This document shows positions 40,301 to 55,400 of a stretch of 64,000 nucleotides of DNA, in pieces. The notes beneath the pieces are model-generated. The model had not been told where the DNA came from and ran no database searches. It worked only from the letters and a program-made list of their open reading frames with translations. The DNA comes from Dimorphilus gyrociliatus. Taxonomy: Eukaryota > Animalia > Annelida. Within the stretch, counting starts at the first letter, position 1; the number at the start of each line of letters is the position of its first letter. The DNA is taken from positions 2,123,988-2,187,987 of the forward strand of contig CAJFCJ010000005.1 of the NCBI GenBank assembly GCA_904063045.1, written 5' to 3'. The translations under genes and the position numbers were made by a program.

Positions 40301-42015
40301 GAATTTAGAGGAATAATCCTTCTAGGCATCCTCTATTTTATTAAAATAAATGCTCTAAATAGATACTATGCAAATGATTATTATGAAAAAACCCACTTTA
40401 TCTTTCAATGAATAATACTTTAAGTATTTACAATCTAATGTAACCCATCTTTTCCTTCCTGAATTATGCTTTAAGAGAGATCTGGCCCTTCCTCCCGAGG
40501 ATGAACTAAACAGCAATTTATAATTGATTCATTGAGATATTACAATTTCTAGTCATATTGTATTGGTTACCTGCTAACTTTGAAGAGTTCGTCTGCTCTA
40601 TGAATACCTTCTATATAGGGGGTCATAACCTACAATGTTACAAACATCGGTGTATTCGTGTATTACGTGTTAAATTATTGATGTATTACTGGTAGAGTAT
40701 TTGGCAGTGATGTATTAAGAGTAAGAGAAATATCATCCAGAAAATCTCCTCCATCACTCGAGTATCCGTCACTATCATCAGTTGCTATAGAAATATATAT
40801 TGAAACTAATGTTCAAGTGTATAATTTGGAAAATGATAATACGTACAGTCATTATTCTTATAAGTTTCAATTGGCAATGGTATTGTATCTGTAACATGAA
40901 AATTTTCCGGTAATTCTGGAGGTGGATAGGGTGGTTCTGGCATATTCGGAGAAGATAATGTCGAAGAATTAGATGGGCTTCTAAAATCTTGCAGCTTAAT
41001 TAAATCACCAGAAATTTTTGGTGGGAGTTCAGGTGCCGGTCCAAGTATACTTTTTATTTGATCTTCTGCTCTAACTGACGCTTTCTTTCGCATTTGAACT
41101 TGCCCAACAACGGCAGAGTAAATCTGTTCATTTTTGGCATTGTCGTTTACCTCGGATTCTTCTTCATCAGGAGGATTAACGACAAGAGATAGATTACTGT
41201 CATTATTACTATTTGTACTCTTATCAAGAATATAAGTTGTATATATATCACCAGATTGAAGAAAGATACAATTGTTTTGTCGAGGAGGTGGTAAGCCGGG
41301 GGATGAATACAGTGCTTCAGGATTTTCAGTGTCAGAATTCATAGCAGCCTCAAAATTTGGCTTATTAAAATTTGTAGGCGTATTAGGCGTACTTGTCTTG
41401 CTCTTTGATCTTCTAGGAGTAGGTATTGGACGCTTTTTAATACTTCCTTTAAAGGATTTAAAATCGTCTTTAGAAGTATTATTCGAATTGACATAAATAT
41501 TCTCTTCTTCACTTTCAGATGAAGGAGGAGGTGGCACTACGTACTATTAAATTAGAGCGTAAAAAAAGAGAGAAATATAAGATATATAAGGTCTAAGGTC
41601 AAGCGTAAGTGGATTCATTTAAAAATGACATATAAACATACATATACAGTATATAAATCTACTATATACATATACAGTACATACTGTATATAGTAGATCT
41701 GTAACTTGATCAACTAATCCGTTGATTTTATATAATCTAGAATTTCTTTTAAGTAATTCTATACATTTAATTAATTCAATAATTAAGTTGTTTAACAATA
41801 AAATTATTTACCATTTGTTCATCAACCAGTTCTTCGTAGATAGGTAAATTTTGTAATATTAGCTTCCTATCTTTCTCATTCTGAACTCCCATAGCAATTA
41901 AGAAATTATCGTCCAACTGACGACAAATCTTTACTTCTGTTATATCGTTCTGAACAAATATGTCATAGTATTTGTCCAATTCGAGATGAGAGAGCCATTC
42001 ACTTAGTATCCACAT
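34355..42015 (-). CDS. ARAP: ARAP-family protein: SAM, Pro-rich region, PH domains, ArfGAP, RhoGAP, RA, terminal PH (many exons)
   Basis: [23 protein letters not shown]; [17 protein letters not shown]; Arf[35 protein letters not shown]; Rho[12 protein letters not shown]; last [22 protein letters not shown]...[12 protein letters not shown]; stop TGA at 34357-34355. Confidence 0.93.
35330..35344 (-). other. Candidate 15-nt in-frame alternative microexon (GSWRN) of ARAP
   Basis: ttttatAG|GGATCATGGCGCAAT|GTacgt inside a 616-nt phase-0 intron (34911-35526), with long upstream pyrimidine tracts containing TGC/TGCATG. Confidence 0.45.
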
Positions 42016-42704
42016 TTTTTTAAAGATCTATAAAAATAGAATAACAAAGTAGATTGAACATATATTTTATTTTATGCGCATTATTCAGAAAGATTGTTAC
42101 GATTAGACATAAACAAGGCGCACGATTATCAATACTAGAAAGGAACATAATAGATCAATAGTAAAGACAATATTGAAAAAGACAACAACCTGCTTAAAAA
42201 ATTCAAAAGTTGATATATAAAGTTTCTTTTCGCAGTTGTCAAGTTAATTTTATTATTTTAAAAGGTCTAATAAACCATTATCTCTTGATTTTTAAAGTTA
42301 TTTTATTATGTTTTAGCGTCTTTTTGATATAATCCTTTATAAATTGCTATCGGTATAACTTCCTCATTTTGTTACTTGAACGGCCATCTTATCTATCACG
42401 TGACAAAATTTCCTCTAACAAGCTCACATAGGCCTTATTTTGTGACATCTACAACAGGAAGTAGGGGCCACATTTAGGCTTGTTGGGAAGGACGTTACTT
42501 TCTACCGAAATAATAAATGATAATATAAAATGAAATGATATCTTACTTGATGAATTCATGAGCTGTAAGAATTATTCATGCTCATGACTCATCTTATTGT
42601 GCTGCAATAGTCCTCTTATAAACTTTTCGGAAATGTCAAATTCGAATTTGGGCCTTTAGCCTGGTACCCCATTAAAGCCATATTTTTGACTGGTATTTTT
42701 TTAG

Positions 42705-42732
42705 GGCGGCCATTTTCTAAATTGGCGGGAAA
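42705..42732 (+). promoter_or_regulatory. MCM3 proximal promoter: E2F site TTGGCGGGAAA (42722-42732) and YY1-like GGCGGCCATTTT (42705-42716)
   Basis: Canonical E2F consensus about 50 bp upstream of the MCM3 ATG; MCM genes are established E2F targets. Confidence 0.65.
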
Positions 42733-42779
42733 GACACTGGTAAACTCAAAGCAACCTTACCAGACGAAAAATCTTAACC

Positions 42780-45990
<3,211 letters not shown>

Positions 45991-46177
45991 ATGAAAGAAA
46001 ACGACGTACTAAGAAACATCGTATAAGTTTTTTTTTTTATACATTAGACAAACTTTCTTATTTTATTATATCTAAAAATATTCCTTAGTTATTCTAAATA
46101 TAACTTGTATTGAACATGATAGTGTTTTCTTGTTTATATTAGTCGATATAAATACTTTTCCTTTGAAAACATTGATT

Positions 46178-47685
46178 TAAGTATTCGATGTTCCTTCAGT
46201 GTTGGTTAGGGGAGATTGCTCTTCGCAATCGTAAAATTTTATAGGACCTTTGTAACCGTCGGGAACCGAGAGCATATTATTCCAAAAAGATTTGTCAATG
46301 TTTAACATAACCAGTACACTCTACACAAAACAAAATTATATAGAAATGACACTGAGAGTGGAAAGAGAACTCTTACTGTCGCCAATGAAGGGTACTCTAG
46401 GGTGACGACATGATCCTGTTAAAAACGCATTTCTCTTTCGTAAATTGTATAGTTTAAATTATAGCCCCTACCCTTTCATAGGAAGATGGATAGGTAAATA
46501 ACAACTCGGAGAAGATTTGGGCAAATGTTTCATCAGTCTCTCCAGGGTTAGGAATCATAAGCCTAATTATTTAGAGTGGAACAAATCTAATTTATATCCT
46601 TTACAAAAGAATAAAATAAAAATATTCTACCTTTTCAAATGTAGAATGATGTACGCTAATGTGTCTTTATTAGGCGTAGGTAATTTTTCTATTAATTTTT
46701 TTGTTTCATCTGCAGTTTCTGTCCATTTTGATAATCCTATATGCATATATATATATATATTAGGGAGTTACATATTAATTATAATACTATATTATTATTA
46801 AAATAATTATTAAACATGCCTGAAGCATGTTCGAAAGCATTGGCAAAATTTTCGGGAATTACACGTATCTTTAGTTTTTTTAGGAAACCTTTTAACAAAT
46901 TAGCTACTAAATGAATGTTAACTTCCGTCTGAAAATAGATAATTAATGTTTAATATTTTTCTATTCATATTCTATTTATTACTTGAATATACCAAATTAA
47001 AATATTCTCCTTTCATCAGTAGCTTTAATATAAAATTGATATCCTTTTCAATTGCAAAACTTTCGTAAATATTCTCTTCATTTAATCCCCTTCGTTCTAT
47101 TTCTCGAATACAATGGATCTATAGAACAAAAAATAAATGGAATCTTGTATTTCGGAATGTCTTGGTTATCTTACAATAATTCCTGGTATTTTTGGATTTG
47201 TGTCTAGGGAACATTCTGCAATTGATTTCTGTATAAATTATAAAGAAATATAAATCTAGGCATTTGCACTATATACAGCATATTTTAAGTATTTGTACTA
47301 AACACAATTCAAAATGTTCTTTAATGGAACACAGTATAATCTTGTCATTCTATTAGCCGAATCTTTACATGAAGCATGAATATCGAATTTGCAAACTATC
47401 CAAAATAGCATTCGTAAATATTATTATATTAAATTAGCTAAAAATAGAATAAACTTTTACCTTGACATTCGAAAGATGAGGAATCGCCATTAATCTCTTT
47501 CAGACACTAGAATTACATATGATCGTGATGTGTCGATAATAGAAGGGAATAAGAATTATTAATTAAGTGAAATTTTACGAGATAAAAAGAAAAGAAAAAC
47601 TTACTGTTACACAATTTGTTCTATGCTTTTTCCTCTTTCCAGTAAGTTTAGATGAGAAATAATGCTCTCTTCTCAAACTGCAAAT
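46178..47685 (-). CDS. RacGAP1/CYK-4-like C1 domain plus RhoGAP domain with the arginine finger replaced by Glu (probable pseudo-GAP); 5' end unresolved
   Basis: Exons give REHYFSSKL...NCVT/CLKEI...FECQ/VCKFDIHASCKD...YCVP (C1), KSIAECSLDTNPKIPGII/IHCIREIERRGLNEENIYE, VNIHLVANLLKGFLKKL, LPTPNKDTLAYIILHLKR, VMLNIDKSFWNNML; includes a GC-AG intron 46737-46819; missed by the ORF track because the exons are short. Confidence 0.78.
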
Positions 47686-47816
47686 CTTTTATTATTTATA
47701 TATATAAATGAATATATATTTATATAGATATATATATATAAATATTATACACTATATATAATCAATACAAATAAGAAAACTATATACATTCGTTCTGTGG
47801 TCTTTATTCTCCTTAC

Positions 47817-48893
47817 CAAATTTTCTAACGGCCGTTACACAGAAAATTATAAAGAATATAAACCCGATAGATGTTCCGATTGTTCCAATCCCGAAAGACG
47901 TTAAATTTAATGACCCTATAAAAACAATTTAGGGTTTATTGTATCTGACCAACCTTGTATTAATAATTGATGAATATTTGCTATCTTTTCTTATGATATA
48001 TATAGATACAAACTAGCCATATTTCCTATCTTGTCTTTAAAGTATTTATATTTCTCAGACGTGGCCCTATTATTATTCCTTTCGTACTTATTCGAATCTA
48101 AAGAATGGACTGTTGTAATTTTCTTTAGATGGCTTAAATCTATTGCTTTATCGTGATGCTTTTTGTCATGATTTCTCTTTCTATTTAAGTAACATTTAGC
48201 AATTATGACAGTCATTAAATTTCTACTTGTTAACCTCTTTCTCTTCTTTCTATTTGGTATTTCGATATATGCGTGTGATGGACGTCTTTGGCCATTTTGT
48301 CTAGAAATTTTTTTCACTTGCAAATAGACGTTATAAAGAATTTAATTAACATACTCGGAGTATGCTTTATGAATATGCAAATTATTCATATCTTTCTCCT
48401 TAAAGGAAACGATATAACTAGAATCTGATTTAGACGGTAATGAATCTTCAGCTAAACCCTCTCTAGAAAATCGTATTTTACTTTTCTTTCCCTTTCTCTT
48501 CGATTTTCTTCTAGAATGTTCTCTAACGAATTCGATTGGTTCATAAACGAATTCTACACTATCTAGTTCACTACCAGTAATCAAAGCTCTTCCAATTGAA
48601 CCAAAATAGGTTTTAAAAATGTCTTTTTCTACTAATTTTTCCATTTCAGGTTTAACTGAAGTACCGAATAAAATTTCCGTTACACCTCCATCTCCACTCT
48701 GATGGCTTGGATCAATCATTCTTTTCTCGCCATGCCTTTCATCGATATCCGTATCTCGGAAGCTGAGATTTTTCAAATCGTCGTATACCATATCCGAAAT
48801 TACGTAATCCGTATAATCGTCATAGTTTGAGACGTTTAGGCACTTAACTGTAACGATATAAAGTAGTAACGTCAGAGACGCTACTATCAACAT
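47817..48893 (-). CDS. Signal-peptide, single-pass membrane protein of unknown family (possibly the 5' half of the C1-RhoGAP gene)
   Basis: MLIVASLTLLLYIVTVKC signal peptide; intron 48301-48354 joins the two ORFs; exon 47915-47817 encodes FGIGTIGTSIGFIFFIIFCVTAVRK (TM helix); internal splicing near 47954-48013 is uncertain. Confidence 0.6.
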
Positions 48894-49383
48894 ATTTATT
48901 TTTAAATAAACGCTATATATATTTTAAAAATATTTTAGAAGATTATCATTAAATACGTAACGTAATAAAAAAATGTTCTTTTTGTAGAATAAAGAATTTT
49001 AATTATATTCTTTAATGTTACATTCTTTCAGATGTTTCTAATTAAATTAATTATGTTTTTCTTACTTGTTCTATAAACTTTTCCACACCTATTTTTACAA
49101 CTTAATTATACCTTTATACTTCCTAATTTCTATCCAAAATTAGATTTTGTTTATTTTATAACTTTTATTAGGTTTTTGACTTTTTTTTTTTAATAAAAAA
49201 AACCAATATTTCTCTTTAAAGAATATAAGTAGCGTCTTGGAACGGGGAATACTAAACCTCACAAATAACTACTAAGTTAGCCTATTGTCGTGAATTGACA
49301 GGTTAGTGTTCCTATTCAGTGTTTTGAACACTGAACGAACGGAGGAATTGTTATACTATAGGCAACTTTACGTTATGATGCAC

Positions 49384-49396
49384 GTTTCCCGGCAAC
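49384..49396 (+). promoter_or_regulatory. RFX X-box GTTTCCCGGCAAC upstream of TTC6
   Basis: Fits GTTNCC-N(0-3)-RGYAAC; a second half-site GGCAAC at about 49361; consistent with a cilia/flagella gene. Confidence 0.55.
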
Positions 49397-49478
49397 GTCG
49401 AATGGCCGCTCTTTTTAAATTAAATTGCTTTTTTAGGATTAACTTGATTAATTTGTGATCAACCATAAACTATTAATA

Positions 49479-52400
49479 ATGGATCACAGTGAGCGGAATT
49501 CTCCACGTTACCTTTCGAGTCCTGACAAAAAGCAATTAAGCAATCTGGATGAATTATCACAAAAAAGACCCATGTCCAGTTCTCGAAGAGCGGGGAATAA
49601 ATCATTTATTTACGGTGATCGACCAGTACTACCACATATAAAAAAAGATCAACCGTTTGTATTAAAGACTTTAATAATTCCAATGAATAATACGGCTTTC
49701 CATGTAGAATTCATGTTATTTTGGAAGGGTTAAAGGTTGACAAAAGATCAAGACCTGAACCAACGCCGAGAGTTGTCAAAAGAGAAGAGGTTACTAGAAA
49801 TTCTAAAAGCTATATTCCATATTAAAAATATCTTATTACCATTTTAAAGCATCAAATGCCAGAAGATTTCCTTGAAAACTTTGAACTTCCATACAAACCC
49901 CCATTTAAGGCTGCAATATTACCTCAAACTGGTACTTTATCAAAAGTAGATTTTACCCCTAGACCAAAACCGAAACCTAAAAGAGCTACAAAATTACATC
50001 AGAAAGGTAATTTATCATAGCACTGGATATGAACAAATGATTTAAAAAATTCTTTATGATAGATTCTACAAGAACTCAGACAGCTTTTTCTTTAAGAAGT
50101 GTTCCCTTAGATATTGCAGATTCGGAAGATGTTGTTACAAATTCGGGTAGAAACAATTACAAAAATTATCAAATAATTAAATTAATGCAAAGAATTATAT
50201 AATCCCGCCGTACAGCTGTTGATGGAAAAGCTAGTCAAATTTCAACTCATTCTTATAAATCAACAAAGGATTTGGTAGAAGAAGCGAGAAGAATGGCTGA
50301 AAGCGGACCCAAATTAAAAAAATCTGCTTCTAGTAAAAGGGCCAGTTCAATGAAAGGCACAAAAGCTGCAAAAACAAAATCGGCCAGTACAGAAGATGCT
50401 CCAGATCAAATGCAAACAGCCGGTGGTGACACCGTGGAAGATATTATACTACGACTTAAGCAACAAGCAAAATACGGATTGTACGTATTACTCAATCGGT
50501 TATTACGTAATTACAGTGATTGCCTTATTACATTTAGAGAGTCCGAATCAGATAAAAAGATTAAGGAAATAATGATAAATGTTGTTAAACGAACTAAGGA
50601 AGTATTAGGAGAAACTGGTTTGTTTTTATTTATTCTATTTTTAACGTTGATATATTTTTTCTTTTCATACGCAATTTTTTATTTTCTTGAAGCAATAACC
50701 CTAGAGGAAGGACTATTTAGCGATCACGAAGAACAAGAGGAAGAACCGGAACCGACTGTTTCTAGTGAACAGAAGGAAGGCACGGAAACTGTTACTGAGG
50801 AGGAAAGTGTACCTCCGGTCATACAGGAAGCTTTGGAAAATCTACAGAAGGCGGCCAAAGATGAACTCACAGTGCCGGAAGTTGAAATCGATAAAGCGGA
50901 ATCTTCTAGGTTATCTGAAGACTTCTCCTTTCAACCTACCGAAGCAGGTCGAATTACAAGTGCAAGTAGTAAAACAACGGAAAAGTCTATTTTGGACATT
51001 GAAGAGGTAGGTTATGAAAATATCTTTGTAGTTTTAAATACGCTAATAAGAAATTATCATAATTAAATTTAGTTGAAAAAGACCGCGAACCTAAACCTAA
51101 ATGTTACCAAAGAAGATATGATTAGCGCAAGTGGTTTTAAGAAAAAGCTTCACGCCGATAAAAGACCAATTAAAACTGTTAAAGAAGTAAAAGTTAAATC
51201 CGAAGAGGAGAAGATACCAAACGTTCATTACTTTTGTACGCTTACTCAAGACATTCAAGTATAACCGTAACATAATTATAAAATTAGTATTGTTTCATAA
51301 TCGCTAATTACTTTATAGATGTCGGATCCGGCGAGAAATGTTTGGAAAAAATATCATGTGCCCAGCAAATTTGCGGCTACTCAAGCCTTAACAGAGCTAT
51401 TCGACGAGCCTCGCCATGGACAAATAGTCGATTCAATAGAAAATCCTATAGGTTCTGGTGGAGAAAGCTTATTTGAAAAACAATCCCAGGCAGCAGAAAG
51501 GATAATGAATGAAGCTTATAGAATAGCGAGAACTGCTTCCAAACATAACGATTTAGATCAGCTAAAACTACAGGCGGCCGAATTAGTCGGTGTTTCTTTA
51601 TGTTTCTCTCTTTTAATTGCTTTCATTCTATTGTCATCCGCAGCTTGAACCTTTGACAATAATTGGTGATAAGGTAGAATTAAAGACGGATTTATCTTTC
51701 TTTTACTGGGAGCCAGCACCTCCTAAATGGAGCGTTCAGCCGAATATTGTCAAGGGAGTTATGTGCCCTCTTTACGAGGTAATTAAAAAAGAATTTTTCT
51801 ATTTTTCACCTAATAAGAAATAATGTTGTCGTATATTTTTAGAGTGCTGCTGGCTTGGCGGAATGGCAGATTAAACATGCAGAAATGCTAGCTGCTGAAA
51901 GTGAAGAAAGCGATTTAGAAGATTATAATGCGGAAGAGGAAAAAGAAAGAGAGGCTGCTGATTTTCGAATAAAACTAACAATAAACAAAGCCAATTCACT
52001 TACTGATTTGACATCAATTGTGACAAAAGCTAAAGGTAACAATAATGTTACTAGTTTTTCTATTTGCATTAATTTATCTTGTCTTCCTTAAGAAGAAGAC
52101 GAGAAGAAGAAACACGTAGAGGAAATTGAAAGTGAGCATAAATCCACTAGTGGAGAGGATGAAACAACTCTAATATCTCGGCCATCCGACTCCCATCCAA
52201 AGCCCCCAGTCACCCTTCGTTTTGGCGAAGAAATTCAACCAATGTAACAAATATAATATCATTTCAAAAGAATTGTATTAATAATGCTCTGTCAATAATC
52301 AAATCAGCGAAAAGCGAACAGTGACGAAAGCATATAGTTGCCCTAATTTCACTAATCATATAGAAGAAGACGATGTTCCCATAATTTTCCAGGATTATGG

Positions 52401-55400
52401 AACGGTTATAGAAGAAGTTGGTATCTCTTTATTCGAATAGAAAAATGATTAGAATTCTAATAATTAATCAATAGATAAAAAATCAAAAAACTCAATTAGA
52501 AGATAGACGAAAGAATGTGACTGAAAAAGTTGATGAAGAGGATGAAGTTGACACAACAGTTAAAATATCTTCGGAAATTGAATATTTTACAGATAGCGAT
52601 AAGAAAGAACTAACGCAAGTTTCTCTTAAGAAATCTGCCAGCGATTCTAATATTAGACAGTTTGTATTTACTTTATTCTATTTTACATATTAGTTCTCAT
52701 CTCTTAAACAAACAGAACTTTAGCAGAGGAAGCCTTAGAGGCAGGTCGTAGTTATGTTCTTTTACCACCGCAACCAAAACGGTAAGTAATGTTTCTTTCC
52801 GTTCTTTTCCATCATTCGGCATAAACAAGTAATACTGGTATACAATTACATCTATTTAGAAAGAAAAAGAATGCAAAAGACTGGAAAAGAATAGAAGACA
52901 TGGAAAAGCTATTTATGACTACAAGACTACCCGAGCGTTGTTCATCTCTACCTTTATTACCTTTTGGTAGAAAGCAATTAGAAATCCAATTAAGAGTTCC
53001 ACAGTTTGTATTATCAATGAGATTTTATCAAAATTTTCTAGAAAACAAAAAGTAATAGTAGATAAACTATTCTCAGGAGGATAAGATCAAGGAATCAAGG
53101 AAGCGAACCAGATATATTTAACTTCGAGTCTTATAAACAGAAACACAATTTCAAGTAATTCGAAATAGTTTATTCGTTTTCGGTACAGCTAAATCACAAG
53201 ATTGTTTATTAATTTTTAGACCAAATAACGTGTCGTCCGAGAGGGAATGGGTTCGTAGTATTTGGAACGATTGGTTCGACTACGTCTTTCCTCCAACACC
53301 AGTTGCGAGCGAATCGGAAGAAGACGATGATAATTTTTCAGACTATCAATCGGATTTGGGAGATAAACCAGAAAAAGAAAAGTATGCAATAATCCCTTGG
53401 TATTTACCTTCCATTGAGATTAATAATCTTTGTCTCTAATCCCTTAGGGAAGAGAAGTCGGTGGTGTACGATGACGACATTGTCTTGGAGCCAATATGTA
53501 AAGATAATGAGGACAGAGAGGTTGTATATATAACACAATTATGTTTAATTATATGTAAATTAAGTTTGTAAATAGGTTATGGAAGCTCTAACTGCCGAAG
53601 TTGTACGTTTGAGCGAAAAGATAGACAGCGAAGAGCAGGCGAATGCTTACGACTATTGTAGACGAGGGGCGATATTACGTAAACTCGGAAATATCCGTCA
53701 AGCCCTATGGAATTTAAATAAGGCTATCCGATTAGAACCGACTTTATTAGACGCTTATTGGCATAGACATTTTATTTACTTACTGCAAAATAAACTGAAA
53801 CTAGCTTCCGAAGATTTAAACTTTATATTAAAAGTGAATAAAAAGCATGCTGAAGCTTTTAGATCAAGGTAATTAATTAGTGATTCATTTAAAAATAATG
53901 AACTTAATCAGTTATATCTATATATACAGTATACTGTAGATATGTATATTATTGTATATTTTATTGTATTTCAGAGCTGAAATTTCAAAAGCTGATGGTG
54001 ATTTAACAATGGCTATTGTCAATTATACTCAAGCTATTAAAATCAATCCGACTGATCATGAATCCTTCTATCAGCGCGGTTTAATGTATGAGAAAAAGGG
54101 TGATATATTATTGGCAATGGAAGATTACGCCAACGTCAGTAGGTTAAATCCAAAAAGAACGATTGCCATGTTTAAAAGGGCTATGCATCATTTTAAAAAT
54201 GAAAACTGGGCTAATGCTGTTAATGAGTTTAGTGAATTGCTTAGGCATGATAATAGAAATGCTGATGCCTATTTATATCGTGGTAGAGCTCACGGTAATA
54301 TGTCAGATTGGAGTGATGCGATTTTCGATTTAACAACATGCATACATCTAAATCCAAAGTGTGCTCAGGCATTTTATTATAGGGGTTGCCTTCTAAGAAG
54401 GTGCCATCCTAAGCAAGCATTACTCGATTTCAGCGTCTCTTTAATGATAGACGACAGCCATGAGAATATTTTGTCCTATTTACATCGAGGAATACTTTAC
54501 GATGAAATTGGACGTCACGAAGATGCTATTATGGACTTCGAAGCTGTAGTAAAGTTGGACAGAGATATGGCCTGCGCCCATGTAAATCTCGGTTTAATTT
54601 ACCTAAACCGTATGGGAAATCCACACAGGGCTATCAAAAAACTAACAGCTGCAATTAAAGCAGACCCTACTTATATAAAGGCCTATGTTTGTAGGGCAGA
54701 AGCTTATACAAGACTAAACCAACATAAACAAGCCTTACTAGATTTTACTAGAGCTATACACATTCGCCCGGATGTTCACAACTTTTATTTATTTCGAGTA
54801 AGTCAACAAATTAAATTGCGAACGAATTGATTGTATCTAATTTTAAATACGAAACGTCTCTTTCCAAATAGGGTGAACTTGTGAGGAAGCTCGGTAATCT
54901 TCAACTGGCTTCCTTCTGCGTTAAGTACGCTCTGTTTTTAAATACTCTTTTGCTTTTCTTCAACTATAACAAACGTTTCCTTCTCTTTTAACTAGACAAG
55001 CTGCAGAATTGAATATAGGCCTTGGCACAATGCCAACTCAACAGGCAATAGTTCAATCCTTCTTAAAAAATTACGATCAGGCTATCGAATGTTTAGAAAC
55101 GGCTTGTAAAGCTAATCCTCAAGGTATTCTATTAAGAAAATTATCATTTAAAAATAAAACAATTAATCAACAAAACTCGTTAATTAATATTTTAGTTGAG
55201 TTGCTACAGTTACTAGGTAAAACACAGATGAAAGCTCAAAAATGGTCAGATGCTTGTACAAGTTTTCAAAAGGCACTTGATTTACTTGTAAGTACTATTC
55301 TTCAATAAAATGAAACGATTATATCATATAATTTAAGTAATAATTAATTAACTTTGTAACGTTTCTTGTTCTTCTTATAAATTGTATTATAAAAGTATAC

